The notes under the pieces are model-generated. The model saw only the letters and a program-made list of their open reading frames with translations, had not been told where the DNA came from and ran no database searches. Shown in pieces: positions 8,533 to 17,094 of a DNA stretch of 26,414 nt (position 1 is the first letter of the stretch; each line of letters opens with the position of its first letter). Origin of the DNA: Oligoflexus sp. (GTDB taxonomy: Bacteria; Bdellovibrionota_B; Oligoflexia; Oligoflexales; Oligoflexaceae); the NCBI GenBank assembly GCA_041736305.1, contig JBGSTX010000147.1, positions 1 through 26,414 on the forward strand. Direction: 5' to 3'. A program made the position numbers and the translations under genes.

Positions 8533-10589
8533 GGCGCCTCCCAATCTGCCAAGGCCCGGAGCGCGTGGGCGCGGCATAAAGCTATTTCCTGATCGGTCAC
8601 AACCCCGTTCGGGCTGCGTATAGCGGCCAGACGAGCCCCATGTTTCCGAGCTATCTTGTAGATTTCCGATACTTTTTCGTGCTCGATCTTTCGCGAGAGA
8701 GTGAAAGATTCGAAGCGGCCATCGAGAGCAAGTAAGGCGGTTTCGGCCAGACAGGCATAAACCACCGCATCTTCGAGCCCTATATTGCAGCTCAAAGAAA
8801 CCTGACCCGGCAACTCTATTTCGCCGCTTTCGATGAGAAGTACATCCGGACGCTTGCAAGCTTCGTCCGCGGTGAACGCCAGAGGTCGACCGACATCACA
8901 GACCACTGCCCCTGGCCGAACCGATTCTATTCTGAAAAAGCCGCTCTCAGCGGCACTGGTCGCGATTATGATGAGATGCGAGCTAGGAGCATAGCGCTCG
9001 TTTTTCGTCGTGACGAGGATCTCGGTACCTGGATTGTCTCGCAGCAGTTCGTCGCGAAGGCTGAGCAAGCGCGAGCCATTGTTGGCTGTCAGAACCACGG
9101 TTTTGAAAATCTTGGCCAAAATCCTCGCACACACCTGACCGATGCTCCCCGTTGCACCGATGATCATCACCTGAGCCGCGTTCTTTTGTGGCGAGCCTTC
9201 AAGCAGTGGAATGAGACCAAGCTTCTCGCAGGCTTCCCGAGCCGCCCATAGGGTTGCTGCTGCAGATAAGGAATTGCCGGTGGTCACAGGGATGGGACTT
9301 CGCTTCGCAACCGTCACCCCAGCATCACCAACTATTTTTGTGAACGCACCGAGTCCGATAATTTCGGCGCCTTCAGCCGCAGCCAGTTCTGCGGTTTTAA
9401 CTAGTTGGCGATAGACAGTTTCGGGATCAGCGGCCAGCATTTCGCGAGGCGTGGCAAAGAGAGTATAAAGGAGCCCTTCGACTCTTGTGCCGTCGTGCTC
9501 GCTCACGCTACCGCTTACGCGGCCATAGGGCACCGAGGGTATCGCGGCCATAGCCTTTTCCAAGCGTCTGCCGAGGGGCTCCGGCAGACGTTCCAAGGGC
9601 TTTACTAGCGGATGAAGGAAGATATCACGCCGACTCAAGGGATGAATGATGAAGGCATATTTTCTTACGGGGCCTAGCCGTTCAGGATAGAGCGCCTGCA
9701 ACTTAGGCTTGAGCCCCCACTCGACCATCGATCGGAGAATGTCGTCCTCGGAAACGGGTTCTACCCCGCCCTTCTCTAGATAGATCAGGCCTTCAATGAC
9801 TGCGAGGGGTAGATTCTTCAGCTGCTCTTCGCCGCCCATGCTAACGAACCAGGCGTTGTGAACCGGCGAAGCACGCAGAAATTCGACCGAGCCTTCGTCC
9901 ATTTCATCCAGAATGAGGCTCTTTCCCTGCAAGGTTTGGGGGTCGATGCGGCCGAGTAAACGGGGACTGGCGACAATATAGTCTGCCGCCAGGGGCTTGC
10001 GCAGAAAACTGAAAGCTTTTTCGTCTTTGAGCGAGATAAGTCGCTTCGATTCTTTAAGCGAGCGTTTCTTTAATAGGGGTAGCATGCGAGCTGTATATTT
10101 CTCAAGATTCTTAAAGCCGTTCAAAGCCAATGGAGTTTTGAAATGAACATAAGGATCGAGGAAGCTAATCTCATGACAGGATGCTTCCAAAACCTGGGCC
10201 AAGGGCCGTTGGGCTAGGCCGGATACAAAGCAAAGGCTGCGTTTAGGAAAAGGCAGCTGCCCGCTGCGCAGGGCCTTGTCGATCACCTGAGTCGCATAGA
10301 CAGATCGCAATTCTTGTCCCCAGGTCAGCATACTTTCCTGCACCCTTACCCGCAGTTGCTGCTCGAGGACGTGCCTGTGCTCTTGTTTGCGAATCTTGAG
10401 CATCTGCGGTAGCCCTGAAATCGCGAGGACATCACAAGCTCCGTCATACTCCTGGGCAAGTCTCAAGAGGAGGTCGGGATTGAAGTCGACTCCAAAATGA
10501 GAGATCCGGATCTGCTCTCCCTTTCGGGTGAGAGTCCGTTCAAAGCTTTCTGCAGAACGGCCGAGTGAAAGACTGACGATTCTTTTCAT
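8529..10589 (-). CDS. Two-domain protein: uncharacterised N-terminal domain fused to an acyl-ACP-reductase-like (COG5322) domain (686 aa)
   Basis: C-terminal half has YAFIIHP, GLGAFTKIVG, TTGNS, GATGSIG, DVGRP and YACLAETALL, paralleling cyanobacterial acyl-ACP reductase motifs including the catalytic Cys. Confidence 0.78.
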   Translation of the reverse strand: MKRIVSLSLGRSAESFERTLTRKGEQIRISHFGVDFNPDLLLRLAQEYDGACDVLAISGLPQMLKIRKQEHRHVLEQQLRVRVQESMLTWGQELRSVYATQVIDKALRSGQLPFPKRSLCFVSGLAQRPLAQVLEASCHEISFLDPYVHFKTPLALNGFKNLEKYTARMLPLLKKRSLKESKRLISLKDEKAFSFLRKPLAADYIVASPRLLGRIDPQTLQGKSLILDEMDEGSVEFLRASPVHNAWFVSMGGEEQLKNLPLAVIEGLIYLEKGGVEPVSEDDILRSMVEWGLKPKLQALYPERLGPVRKYAFIIHPLSRRDIFLHPLVKPLERLPEPLGRRLEKAMAAIPSVPYGRVSGSVSEHDGTRVEGLLYTLFATPREMLAADPETVYRQLVKTAELAAAEGAEIIGLGAFTKIVGDAGVTVAKRSPIPVTTGNSLSAAATLWAAREACEKLGLIPLLEGSPQKNAAQVMIIGATGSIGQVCARILAKIFKTVVLTANNGSRLLSLRDELLRDNPGTEILVTTKNERYAPSSHLIIIATSAAESGFFRIESVRPGAVVCDVGRPLAFTADEACKRPDVLLIESGEIELPGQVSLSCNIGLEDAVVYACLAETALLALDGRFESFTLSRKIEHEKVSEIYKIARKHGARLAAIRSPNGVVTDQEIALCRAHALRALADWEAP

Positions 10590-11587
10590 ACGGGATTTTC
10601 CCTCAGAGGAGGCTCGCTACAGGGGAAGGAATCGCTATAGACGAGTAATGCTTTAGGCTTAATGGTGATATCGATGATGCGATCGCACGTGAGAAACTCC
10701 CCATCCCCATAGAAATCGAGGGCTTCGCCATCGAGACTTTCCAGACGGACTTGGCTGGTTTCAAAGGATAAAATCTGCGGATCGAGCGCTGGAGGAAACT
10801 TCAAACGCGTGCGCAAGACCGCACTGATCAGCTGTTTACTAGCTTTGTGCTGCAGGACAGTCACGTTGAAGCGGCCGTCGTCGTGGATAGTTTCGGGAGC
10901 AATCAGAAAGTTGCCGGCAACCGTGGCTTGATTATTGATCATAAGCAGTGAAGTTTCGACTACGCCCGTGTATTCCGAGGATGTAAGCCGAATTTTTCGA
11001 ATCTTGCGCCGAGGTGTGAGAGTTTTGTAGGCGAGTACCAGGTTGTACGTTTGCTCGCGCAGGCCCCCCATAGCGCGTCTGAAGCCAGGAATTTTTGTCC
11101 GCATCTCGTTGATGCTGCGAGCGACTTCGCTGACCAAACCTACGCCCCCGTTGGTGGCCATGTACTTGGAATTGACAACGATGGCATCGATGCCGCGGCA
11201 GCGGTCGAGTCGCACGCTCTCAAATGTATCTTGGAGACGTCGAGAGTTTCCGAGTTGGCGAGCGAGATCGTTGGCAGTACCGGCGGGCAGCACGAGAAAA
11301 CGAATTTTGCTGCCTACGAGCCTTTGGATAAGAGTGTGGAAAGTACCATCGCCACCGACGGATATTATGATGTCGACCTGCTCGTCGATAGCTCGTTGAA
11401 TTTCTACTTGGAGCTGATTGAGATCGGGTGGACTCACGACTTCGATGTGACTACGAAACAAGTGGCGCTTGATAAGCCGTGCCCACTTTTCATCGCCCCC
11501 TTGGGACGCCTTCCGATTAAAGAATACTCTTATTCTTTGCAACTGCATCGAAGCCTCGTTCGCAAGTCTAGGCCATTTCAATGACAT
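10586..11587 (-). CDS. Diacylglycerol/sphingosine-kinase-family (DAGK_cat, YegS-like) lipid kinase
   Basis: GGDGT, LPAGTANDLARQLG and YGDGE motifs. An alternative ATG at 11548 has a better GAGG RBS. The stop overlaps the next ATG (ATGA). Confidence 0.9.
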   Translation of the reverse strand: MSLKWPRLANEASMQLQRIRVFFNRKASQGGDEKWARLIKRHLFRSHIEVVSPPDLNQLQVEIQRAIDEQVDIIISVGGDGTFHTLIQRLVGSKIRFLVLPAGTANDLARQLGNSRRLQDTFESVRLDRCRGIDAIVVNSKYMATNGGVGLVSEVARSINEMRTKIPGFRRAMGGLREQTYNLVLAYKTLTPRRKIRKIRLTSSEYTGVVETSLLMINNQATVAGNFLIAPETIHDDGRFNVTVLQHKASKQLISAVLRTRLKFPPALDPQILSFETSQVRLESLDGEALDFYGDGEFLTCDRIIDITIKPKALLVYSDSFPCSEPPLRENPV

Positions 11588-11690
11588 AAAGACATGCGAC
11601 GTTTTTACAGGAGCAAAGGGAAATTACAATACCGAAATGTCGTACTAGGAGCTGGCTCGATTTTCTCTTGGGGATTTTTTGAGATAGGTG

Positions 11691-11730
11691 AGAAAATCCA
11701 AGCTTCGACCTAAGAGTCGAATCCTGGATT
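11691..11730 (-). terminator. Possible intrinsic terminator downstream of 11752-13347
   Basis: Interrupted stem AATCCA..TTCGAC-6 nt loop-GTCGAA..TGGATT, followed on the minus strand by a short T run. Confidence 0.4.
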
Positions 11731-11751
11731 GCTTGCTTTGATGGGTTCTAA

Positions 11752-13347
11752 CTAGCGGCGTGCATGACGCAAGCCTGGATTGGGACTGACCTTTAGGACA
11801 GTTTGGACAGCAGGCTGGTCGACAAAGATCTCACTGTGGATGATCCGTCCTTGCGAAACGAGCAGGGCCTTATGGTTGCTGCCTGGATGACCCCAATAGT
11901 CCCACTGGCCATCGCCACTCGGGTTTGCCAGAAAGCCGGCGATATAGACGTCCACATTCTTAGGAACATAGCCATGAATGTTCATCTTTCTTCTCTGCCA
12001 ACCAACGAGGGGCGCCGACTCCTTCATAGACTGCGTACTCACTAAACAACGCATTCTTTGTCGCACGTTCTGGCAAGGTTGAATCTGTCCGAGCTGCAGC
12101 TGCCAACGCTTGCTGCCTTCTCTCTGATCGACGATCTTAATAGGAAACAGTTGTCCATTGGTATCAGCTAGCTGACTGTTGGGACGAAGTCGCCAAAAAG
12201 TTTTAGTATCAGCCGGCTCATCGATATACCAGCGATTGCCTTCTTTCGATGCCCAGTAAGATTTCTTCATATGCACTCGCAGCAGAGATGATATAGAGCG
12301 AGCCGTTTCGTCAAACGTTTTGGCAAAGCCGGCGATGAAGCTGGTCTTTTCATCTTGCCCGAAGGGATTTTGCCAGGATATCTGCGCTCTAATGTAACCT
12401 ACCTGATCTTCCTTCGGTAGATACTGCAGCGAGAGCTTCCATGGCGCCTTAGCATCGATTTTTAAACCAAGCTTTTGCAAGTCGCCGGCAAGGAGAGGGA
12501 CGATTTTGTCCTGAAGAATTTCGTCCTGATGCTTTTCTAGGATATTAGCCGGGGGTCCTTTGAGTCCTATAGCCCTCACAGAGATAGCTGCCAGGCCGTC
12601 TTCAAAGTAAATACCTAGAGAGGCATCGTTGCTGTCGCCCGGATCGGTCGACTCGGGAAGCTCTCCGCTCCGTGGGCCATCGCCCTCTGTCTCGGCTTCC
12701 GGCATGAAGACCATTCCGTCTTCGCTTTCTTCGCGCTGACGCCGCTCAGTGGGTTCACTATCAGAGAGACGCTTGGTCTGTTTGGCGATTTCTTGGGGAG
12801 CTCTGCCTTTGATCTCAATCGTCGTGCGTAGATCCTGCCCCCCATCATTGCGACGAAGCTTCGGTACCCGCAGCATAGTTTTGCCGCGCCCTCCGCCCTC
12901 GCCAGGCTTATAGAGTCCAATCGCCAGCTGTTCACCGCTCTTGAGTCGCATATAACGACGCCACTCACCAAAGCTGTCGGTGACGCCCATCGGTTTACTG
13001 TTAATGGTAACTTTCGCTGCTGCAACCGGATTCCCAGTCTCCGCCAGAGCACGGACCTCGAGCAGGATATAGGGCGCCTGCAGCTGAGGCCGACGCGCCC
13101 ATCCGAAAATGCCGCAGGCAATCACGAGTAGACAGAGAAAGATCACTCCCCAGAGCAGATTCCAGGGTTCTTTCTGCTTTCTAGGTCGCTGAAAATTTTG
13201 TGGCCTGTAGACACCCGGTTGCGGGAACAGCTCATGTGCTGGCTGCCGCCGCTGCGGAGTTGCTAGAGGTTTGGAATTTGACCTTGGCTTCACAAACGCG
13301 CTCCCGATGCGAACGACTTCTGAACAAGATTCAGAAAAGCCATTCAA
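11752..13347 (-). CDS. Hypothetical bitopic membrane protein with an Ig/carboxypeptidase-regulatory-like beta domain after the TM helix (531 aa)
   Basis: Long ORF; one TM segment LLWGVIFLCLLVIACGIFGW; GNPVAAAKVTIN...GVTDSFG pattern; acidic linker. Confidence 0.7.
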   Translation of the reverse strand: MNGFSESCSEVVRIGSAFVKPRSNSKPLATPQRRQPAHELFPQPGVYRPQNFQRPRKQKEPWNLLWGVIFLCLLVIACGIFGWARRPQLQAPYILLEVRALAETGNPVAAAKVTINSKPMGVTDSFGEWRRYMRLKSGEQLAIGLYKPGEGGGRGKTMLRVPKLRRNDGGQDLRTTIEIKGRAPQEIAKQTKRLSDSEPTERRQREESEDGMVFMPEAETEGDGPRSGELPESTDPGDSNDASLGIYFEDGLAAISVRAIGLKGPPANILEKHQDEILQDKIVPLLAGDLQKLGLKIDAKAPWKLSLQYLPKEDQVGYIRAQISWQNPFGQDEKTSFIAGFAKTFDETARSISSLLRVHMKKSYWASKEGNRWYIDEPADTKTFWRLRPNSQLADTNGQLFPIKIVDQREGSKRWQLQLGQIQPCQNVRQRMRCLVSTQSMKESAPLVGWQRRKMNIHGYVPKNVDVYIAGFLANPSGDGQWDYWGHPGSNHKALLVSQGRIIHSEIFVDQPAVQTVLKVSPNPGLRHARR

Positions 13348-13446
13348 GTCCTATTTCCAGTCTAGATACGAGTTCCCGTAAAAAAAATGGGCAGCTTTTT
13401 CCCAAGATGAAGCCCGGCAAGCTTTTCCCGGCTTCGCAAAGCCTGC

Positions 13447-13475
13447 TCGCAAGCGTCATCTTTTATCGCTATAAT
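13447..13475 (+). promoter_or_regulatory. sigma70-type promoter for the 13497 gene
   Basis: Perfect TATAAT at 13470-13475; weak -35 TCGCAA 17 nt upstream; GAGGGG RBS at 13485-13490. Confidence 0.55.
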
Positions 13476-13496
13476 GGCTCAAAAGAGGGGAAAGAC

Positions 13497-14303
13497 ATGT
13501 TCTTCAAGCAGCTTGGCTTCGCTCATCTGCTCATCGGGAGTCTCTTGCTGCAAGCTTTTCCAGTGCAGGCTGCGGAGCCTGGTATTGTAGGGCCAGATGG
13601 TCCTCGCGGGATACGTCCGAGCCAAGTGCCTCGGACCCCTTCGAATAATCTGCGACTCTGGCTCGAGAAGAGACGGGAAGAAAAGCGCAATGAAGAAGGC
13701 CAGGACAATCCGGTCGAAGTCGGAAAAGATAGAGCTGAAACACTGGCCCAGAAGAGCGAACGAGCTGCACCTGAAGAGGCGCGGGTTCGCTGGGATTTGC
13801 AACTCGTGCTACCCGCTCTACTCGAGAACGGACAGAGAGATGCCTCATGGTCGCCGGAACCAGGTGCTGCAATGAGCTTTTACGGTCGCGTCGGTGATAC
13901 GAGCGTCTGGGTTGGCTTTCGACTCTTGGCATTCAGCGGAAGTGCGACAGTAGATGCGAAGAGCAGCCGATTCGCATGGACCTATTTCGGCCCCGCTGTG
14001 GCAAGAGAATGGCTGACAGTCACCGACGAAGCGGAGGGAACAAAGTCGGAAACTTCCCGTCATCGCCTCGCTGGAGGCTTGGCGCTTGCCAGTCGCCAGG
14101 GCGAGGCGGAGGTCGCGCAGCCCCCAGCGGAACTGGCGACGAAGAGTGTAGGGTTCGATGGTCCAGGACTATGGATGGAGTATAGCTATGGCAACGCATG
14201 GAGTATTCAAAGCGAGTGGCAGCTCAGCGGAGGTCTGCAGATTCTCAAGAATAAGACCCTCTTCTACGCCGGCGCCGGCATCAGCCTCTGGGATGCCTGG
14301 TAA
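13497..14303 (+). CDS. Secreted protein, probable small outer-membrane beta-barrel (268 aa)
   Basis: Start moved to the ATG at 13497 (RBS, signal peptide MFFKQLGFAHLLIGSLLLQAFPVQA); alternating Gly/aromatic strands; C-terminal FYAGAGISLWDAW. Confidence 0.7.
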   Translation: MFFKQLGFAHLLIGSLLLQAFPVQAAEPGIVGPDGPRGIRPSQVPRTPSNNLRLWLEKRREEKRNEEGQDNPVEVGKDRAETLAQKSERAAPEEARVRWDLQLVLPALLENGQRDASWSPEPGAAMSFYGRVGDTSVWVGFRLLAFSGSATVDAKSSRFAWTYFGPAVAREWLTVTDEAEGTKSETSRHRLAGGLALASRQGEAEVAQPPAELATKSVGFDGPGLWMEYSYGNAWSIQSEWQLSGGLQILKNKTLFYAGAGISLWDAW

Positions 14304-14976
14304 ATTATGCCTACTAGCGCTCATAGCCCTGCTCTTGCCATGGGTGGGTGCCTGTAGCCATAGTCCCCAGACAGCTAAAGAAAAAGCCGAAGCTGACGCC
14401 ATGAGTTCGAGTGTCGATGCCGTGACCAGGCTCCCTCGTCCTCGCAAAGCCTCAGGTGCCACCTTGCGCAACTGGTTGGCGGCTAAGGAAAATAAATTTA
14501 CTTTGCAGAGAATCAACGATTGCCAAGCTCAGGTGCTAACGGTGGGCGAAGCTGGCAAGGATAGGATCGAACTCCGCAAGCTATCGAAACAGATGAGTGT
14601 CGATGTTGCAGTGGACACTGAGCTTCATCACTGGTGCTACTATCATCTACTGATGCGGCTCGAACAACAGCTCGAGCAAGATCAGCTAGGCCAAGGTGAA
14701 AAAGGGCGCCTTGATAGCTTCCTCAAAGAATTTCGAGGTCTGTGGATCTTAGCCATTGCGCTCGATCGCCACACCGAGCAGAACTACTACCGCTCGGTTG
14801 CCAGACGTCGGTATATAGATCTCTCGCAGATTTACTTTGGTCGTAAACTCGAAGCAGCTCCTGGCACTCCTGAACCGGACGACGAGATAGAGGATAAGAC
14901 TGATCAAAGCGAAGAAGATGTGATCATACCGGGTGACGAACCAGAGGACGACGAGGCGACGGAAGTCGGCAAGTAG
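14293..14976 (+). CDS. Hypothetical lipoprotein, helical with an acidic tail (227 aa)
   Basis: Start moved to the ATG at 14293, giving MPGKLCLLALIALLLPWVGAC (lipobox-like); overlaps the upstream stop. Confidence 0.7.
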   Translation: MPGKLCLLALIALLLPWVGACSHSPQTAKEKAEADAMSSSVDAVTRLPRPRKASGATLRNWLAAKENKFTLQRINDCQAQVLTVGEAGKDRIELRKLSKQMSVDVAVDTELHHWCYYHLLMRLEQQLEQDQLGQGEKGRLDSFLKEFRGLWILAIALDRHTEQNYYRSVARRRYIDLSQIYFGRKLEAAPGTPEPDDEIEDKTDQSEEDVIIPGDEPEDDEATEVGK

Positions 14977-14990
14977 TGCAGGGCTCCTTC

Positions 14991-15000
14991 TTGCTAAACT
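14991..15000 (+). promoter_or_regulatory. Possible extended -10 promoter
   Basis: TTGCTAAACT (TGn-TAAACT) 33 nt upstream of the ATG at 15034. Confidence 0.35.
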
Positions 15001-15033
15001 AGAGACGATAGTCTAGCGTGGAGCTACTTCTGC

Positions 15034-16287
15034 ATGAAGCAAATCTTTCTCAGTCTTTGCATAGCAGCGTTTCTGGGTCTACCTATGGGCCTTGGGACTC
15101 TCTTTGCTCAAGCGCAGAAGGCCGCCGATGCTAAGAAAAATCCTGCCAAGTCCAGCAAGTCTTTTCCCTATTCTCTCGAAGAAGACGGCGAAGGCATAGG
15201 TGGGCGTGAGAAAGAAGATACGGCATCACCAAAGCAGGTTCGCCTCTTTCATGAGGTGCTGGAAGAGCTGCTCACCGAATTCGCCTACGATGTAAAAGCC
15301 GGGCAACTGACCGAACTGAAAAACCTTTCGATTCGCAAGGTCAGCGTCAGTGAGACGCTTCCCCGCTCGTATCAAAGCTACGTCGAACTCTTGGTCAGTG
15401 AGAAAATCAAAAGCAACTCTAAGGTCAAACTCATCAGCTGCCTCCCCTGCAAAACTAAGAATACGCGCATCGTCGACGACAAGCTCATGATCACCTCGGC
15501 AACGACTAACGCCGAAGACATGAACCGAGCGGCCTCCCAGCTGGGCATCGAAACTTTTATGGACGTCATCCTCGTCTACCACACGACTCACATGGTGATA
15601 GCTTTCCAAGCCTTCGATACGGTCACGAAAGAACTTGCCTGGACTAAGACCTATAACAGCGAAACAATTCGCTCTCGCTACCAAAAACTAGCTGTGGACT
15701 TCAGCCAGATTGAAAAGGCTCGCACCAGCGACGAGTACGTCCCCGAATTCCGCTACCTCTTTGGCTTCGGCGGAGGCTCGGTGCCCAACGTAAAGCAAAA
15801 CGTGAGAGAAACCTCCGTCCTTACTTTCCAACTCAGGGGTACTGAGAAATTTGACAACCGTAAGTCAGAATTTGGCCTGCTTGGCACTTTCAATATATCG
15901 ATGAGTAGTCTGCTCTCGGAATATCCCTCGACGGGGAGCACGAGTGATGAGGAAGAGGAATCGGCAGAGACCGACTCTACCGATGATAGCCCGAGCCCTT
16001 TCACGAAGTCCTTTGGCCTCTTCGCTCTCTATTCGCACAACTTTTTGGGCTCCCTCGAGTCTTACAACGAAATGCGTCACGGGGTCTCCGCAGCCTTAGG
16101 CCTCCATTTAGCCGCGGGCTACCTAGCTCCTGCTGCTAGGATTGGCTGGGACCTTTTCCTAGGTCGAAAATTTTCGGTGAGTACGAACCTCGCGTTGGTC
16201 AGCACGGCGAACATCCTCATCAAAGGTGAGTTCAAACGCGTGGCAGGAGGGGTAGGCGGCGATGTTGTCATTTCCTACAATCTCTAA
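15034..16287 (+). CDS. Secreted protein: alpha/beta N-terminal domain (possibly CsgG/TolB_N-like) plus probable C-terminal beta-barrel (417 aa)
   Basis: Signal peptide; CLPC motif; ELAWTKTY strand; Gly/aromatic-rich alternating strands ending VVISYNL. The fold assignment is inference. Confidence 0.65.
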   Translation: MKQIFLSLCIAAFLGLPMGLGTLFAQAQKAADAKKNPAKSSKSFPYSLEEDGEGIGGREKEDTASPKQVRLFHEVLEELLTEFAYDVKAGQLTELKNLSIRKVSVSETLPRSYQSYVELLVSEKIKSNSKVKLISCLPCKTKNTRIVDDKLMITSATTNAEDMNRAASQLGIETFMDVILVYHTTHMVIAFQAFDTVTKELAWTKTYNSETIRSRYQKLAVDFSQIEKARTSDEYVPEFRYLFGFGGGSVPNVKQNVRETSVLTFQLRGTEKFDNRKSEFGLLGTFNISMSSLLSEYPSTGSTSDEEEESAETDSTDDSPSPFTKSFGLFALYSHNFLGSLESYNEMRHGVSAALGLHLAAGYLAPAARIGWDLFLGRKFSVSTNLALVSTANILIKGEFKRVAGGVGGDVVISYNL

Positions 16288-17086
16288 GGCCCGCTGGCGG
16301 CTCCTGCGTTCCTTGGGAGTGGCAGGACTGATCGCTCTATCCTGCAAGCAGACAGCAGATCCCTATGCCGAACTTGTCGAGGGGCAAATTAGCTATCCTT
16401 TCACCGAGCGTACAGAGCGCATCGGCAAGGATCCAGCTCAAGATCGCTTCGTGATCCGCAGCGTCAAAGGTGAATCTGAGTATATCGTTGAAATACCTGA
16501 TGGCGGCGATGACTACGATATCGCCGTACCGATGCAAGGCTTACCCGGTGGAGGCGGAGGCGGAGCTTCTAAAAAGGACCCGAAGAACCCTCAGCTCACC
16601 GATCGCGAGCTGCTCTCTGCGATGCCGCGACCCGATCAGGAACAAGAACGCGATCGCGCGATGCTCGAAGATGCCCTAGGCGTCGGCGCGGGCGAAGCCC
16701 GCGAGCAGGGACCCAGTTACAGTCTCGGTCTGGCGAAAGTCGTCGAATATTTTAAATCCCGGCAGTATGAATACGCCTTGATCGAGGTCAACCAGCTGAT
16801 CTCATTTTACCCGAACGCCGCGCGTCTCTATAAAATGAAGGGGACCATACTGCTCAAAACTCGGGAATTGGAGTTGGCTGAAAAAGCCTGGGCGCGTGCG
16901 TCGGAGCTTGATCCCAAAGATAGGGGCATCGTGCGAGGTATAGAGCGAATCCGCCGACGCCTCGATCTCCAGCGCCGCGATCCCCTCGATGTGCCGTCAA
17001 AAGCCAAAACAGCTCCAGAAGCTGCGGGAGGCCAGAACAAGGTCAGAGAGGAAACAGCAGCCCCTCCCCCACCGTCGGCGCCATGA
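16262..17086 (+). CDS. TPR-containing lipoprotein (274 aa)
   Basis: Lipobox LIALSC; TPR-like helices YEYALIEVNQLISFYPNAARLYKMKGTILLKTRELELAEKAWARASELDP. Confidence 0.75.
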   Translation: MLSFPTISKARWRLLRSLGVAGLIALSCKQTADPYAELVEGQISYPFTERTERIGKDPAQDRFVIRSVKGESEYIVEIPDGGDDYDIAVPMQGLPGGGGGGASKKDPKNPQLTDRELLSAMPRPDQEQERDRAMLEDALGVGAGEAREQGPSYSLGLAKVVEYFKSRQYEYALIEVNQLISFYPNAARLYKMKGTILLKTRELELAEKAWARASELDPKDRGIVRGIERIRRRLDLQRRDPLDVPSKAKTAPEAAGGQNKVREETAAPPPPSAP

Positions 17087-17094
17087 GTCAGCGA

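Noticed and set aside
8533-8859. 109-aa N-terminal extension of the SDR in the ORF track
   Set aside because: Overlaps the upstream reductase gene. The Rossmann motif, RBS and ATGA coupling place the start at 8532.
13200-13496. N-terminal extension of the 13200-14303 ORF
   Set aside because: Overlaps the divergent gene and the promoter; the signal peptide and RBS support 13497.
14158-14292. N-terminal extension of the 14158-14976 ORF
   Set aside because: Lies inside the upstream gene; the lipoprotein signal begins at the ATG at 14293.
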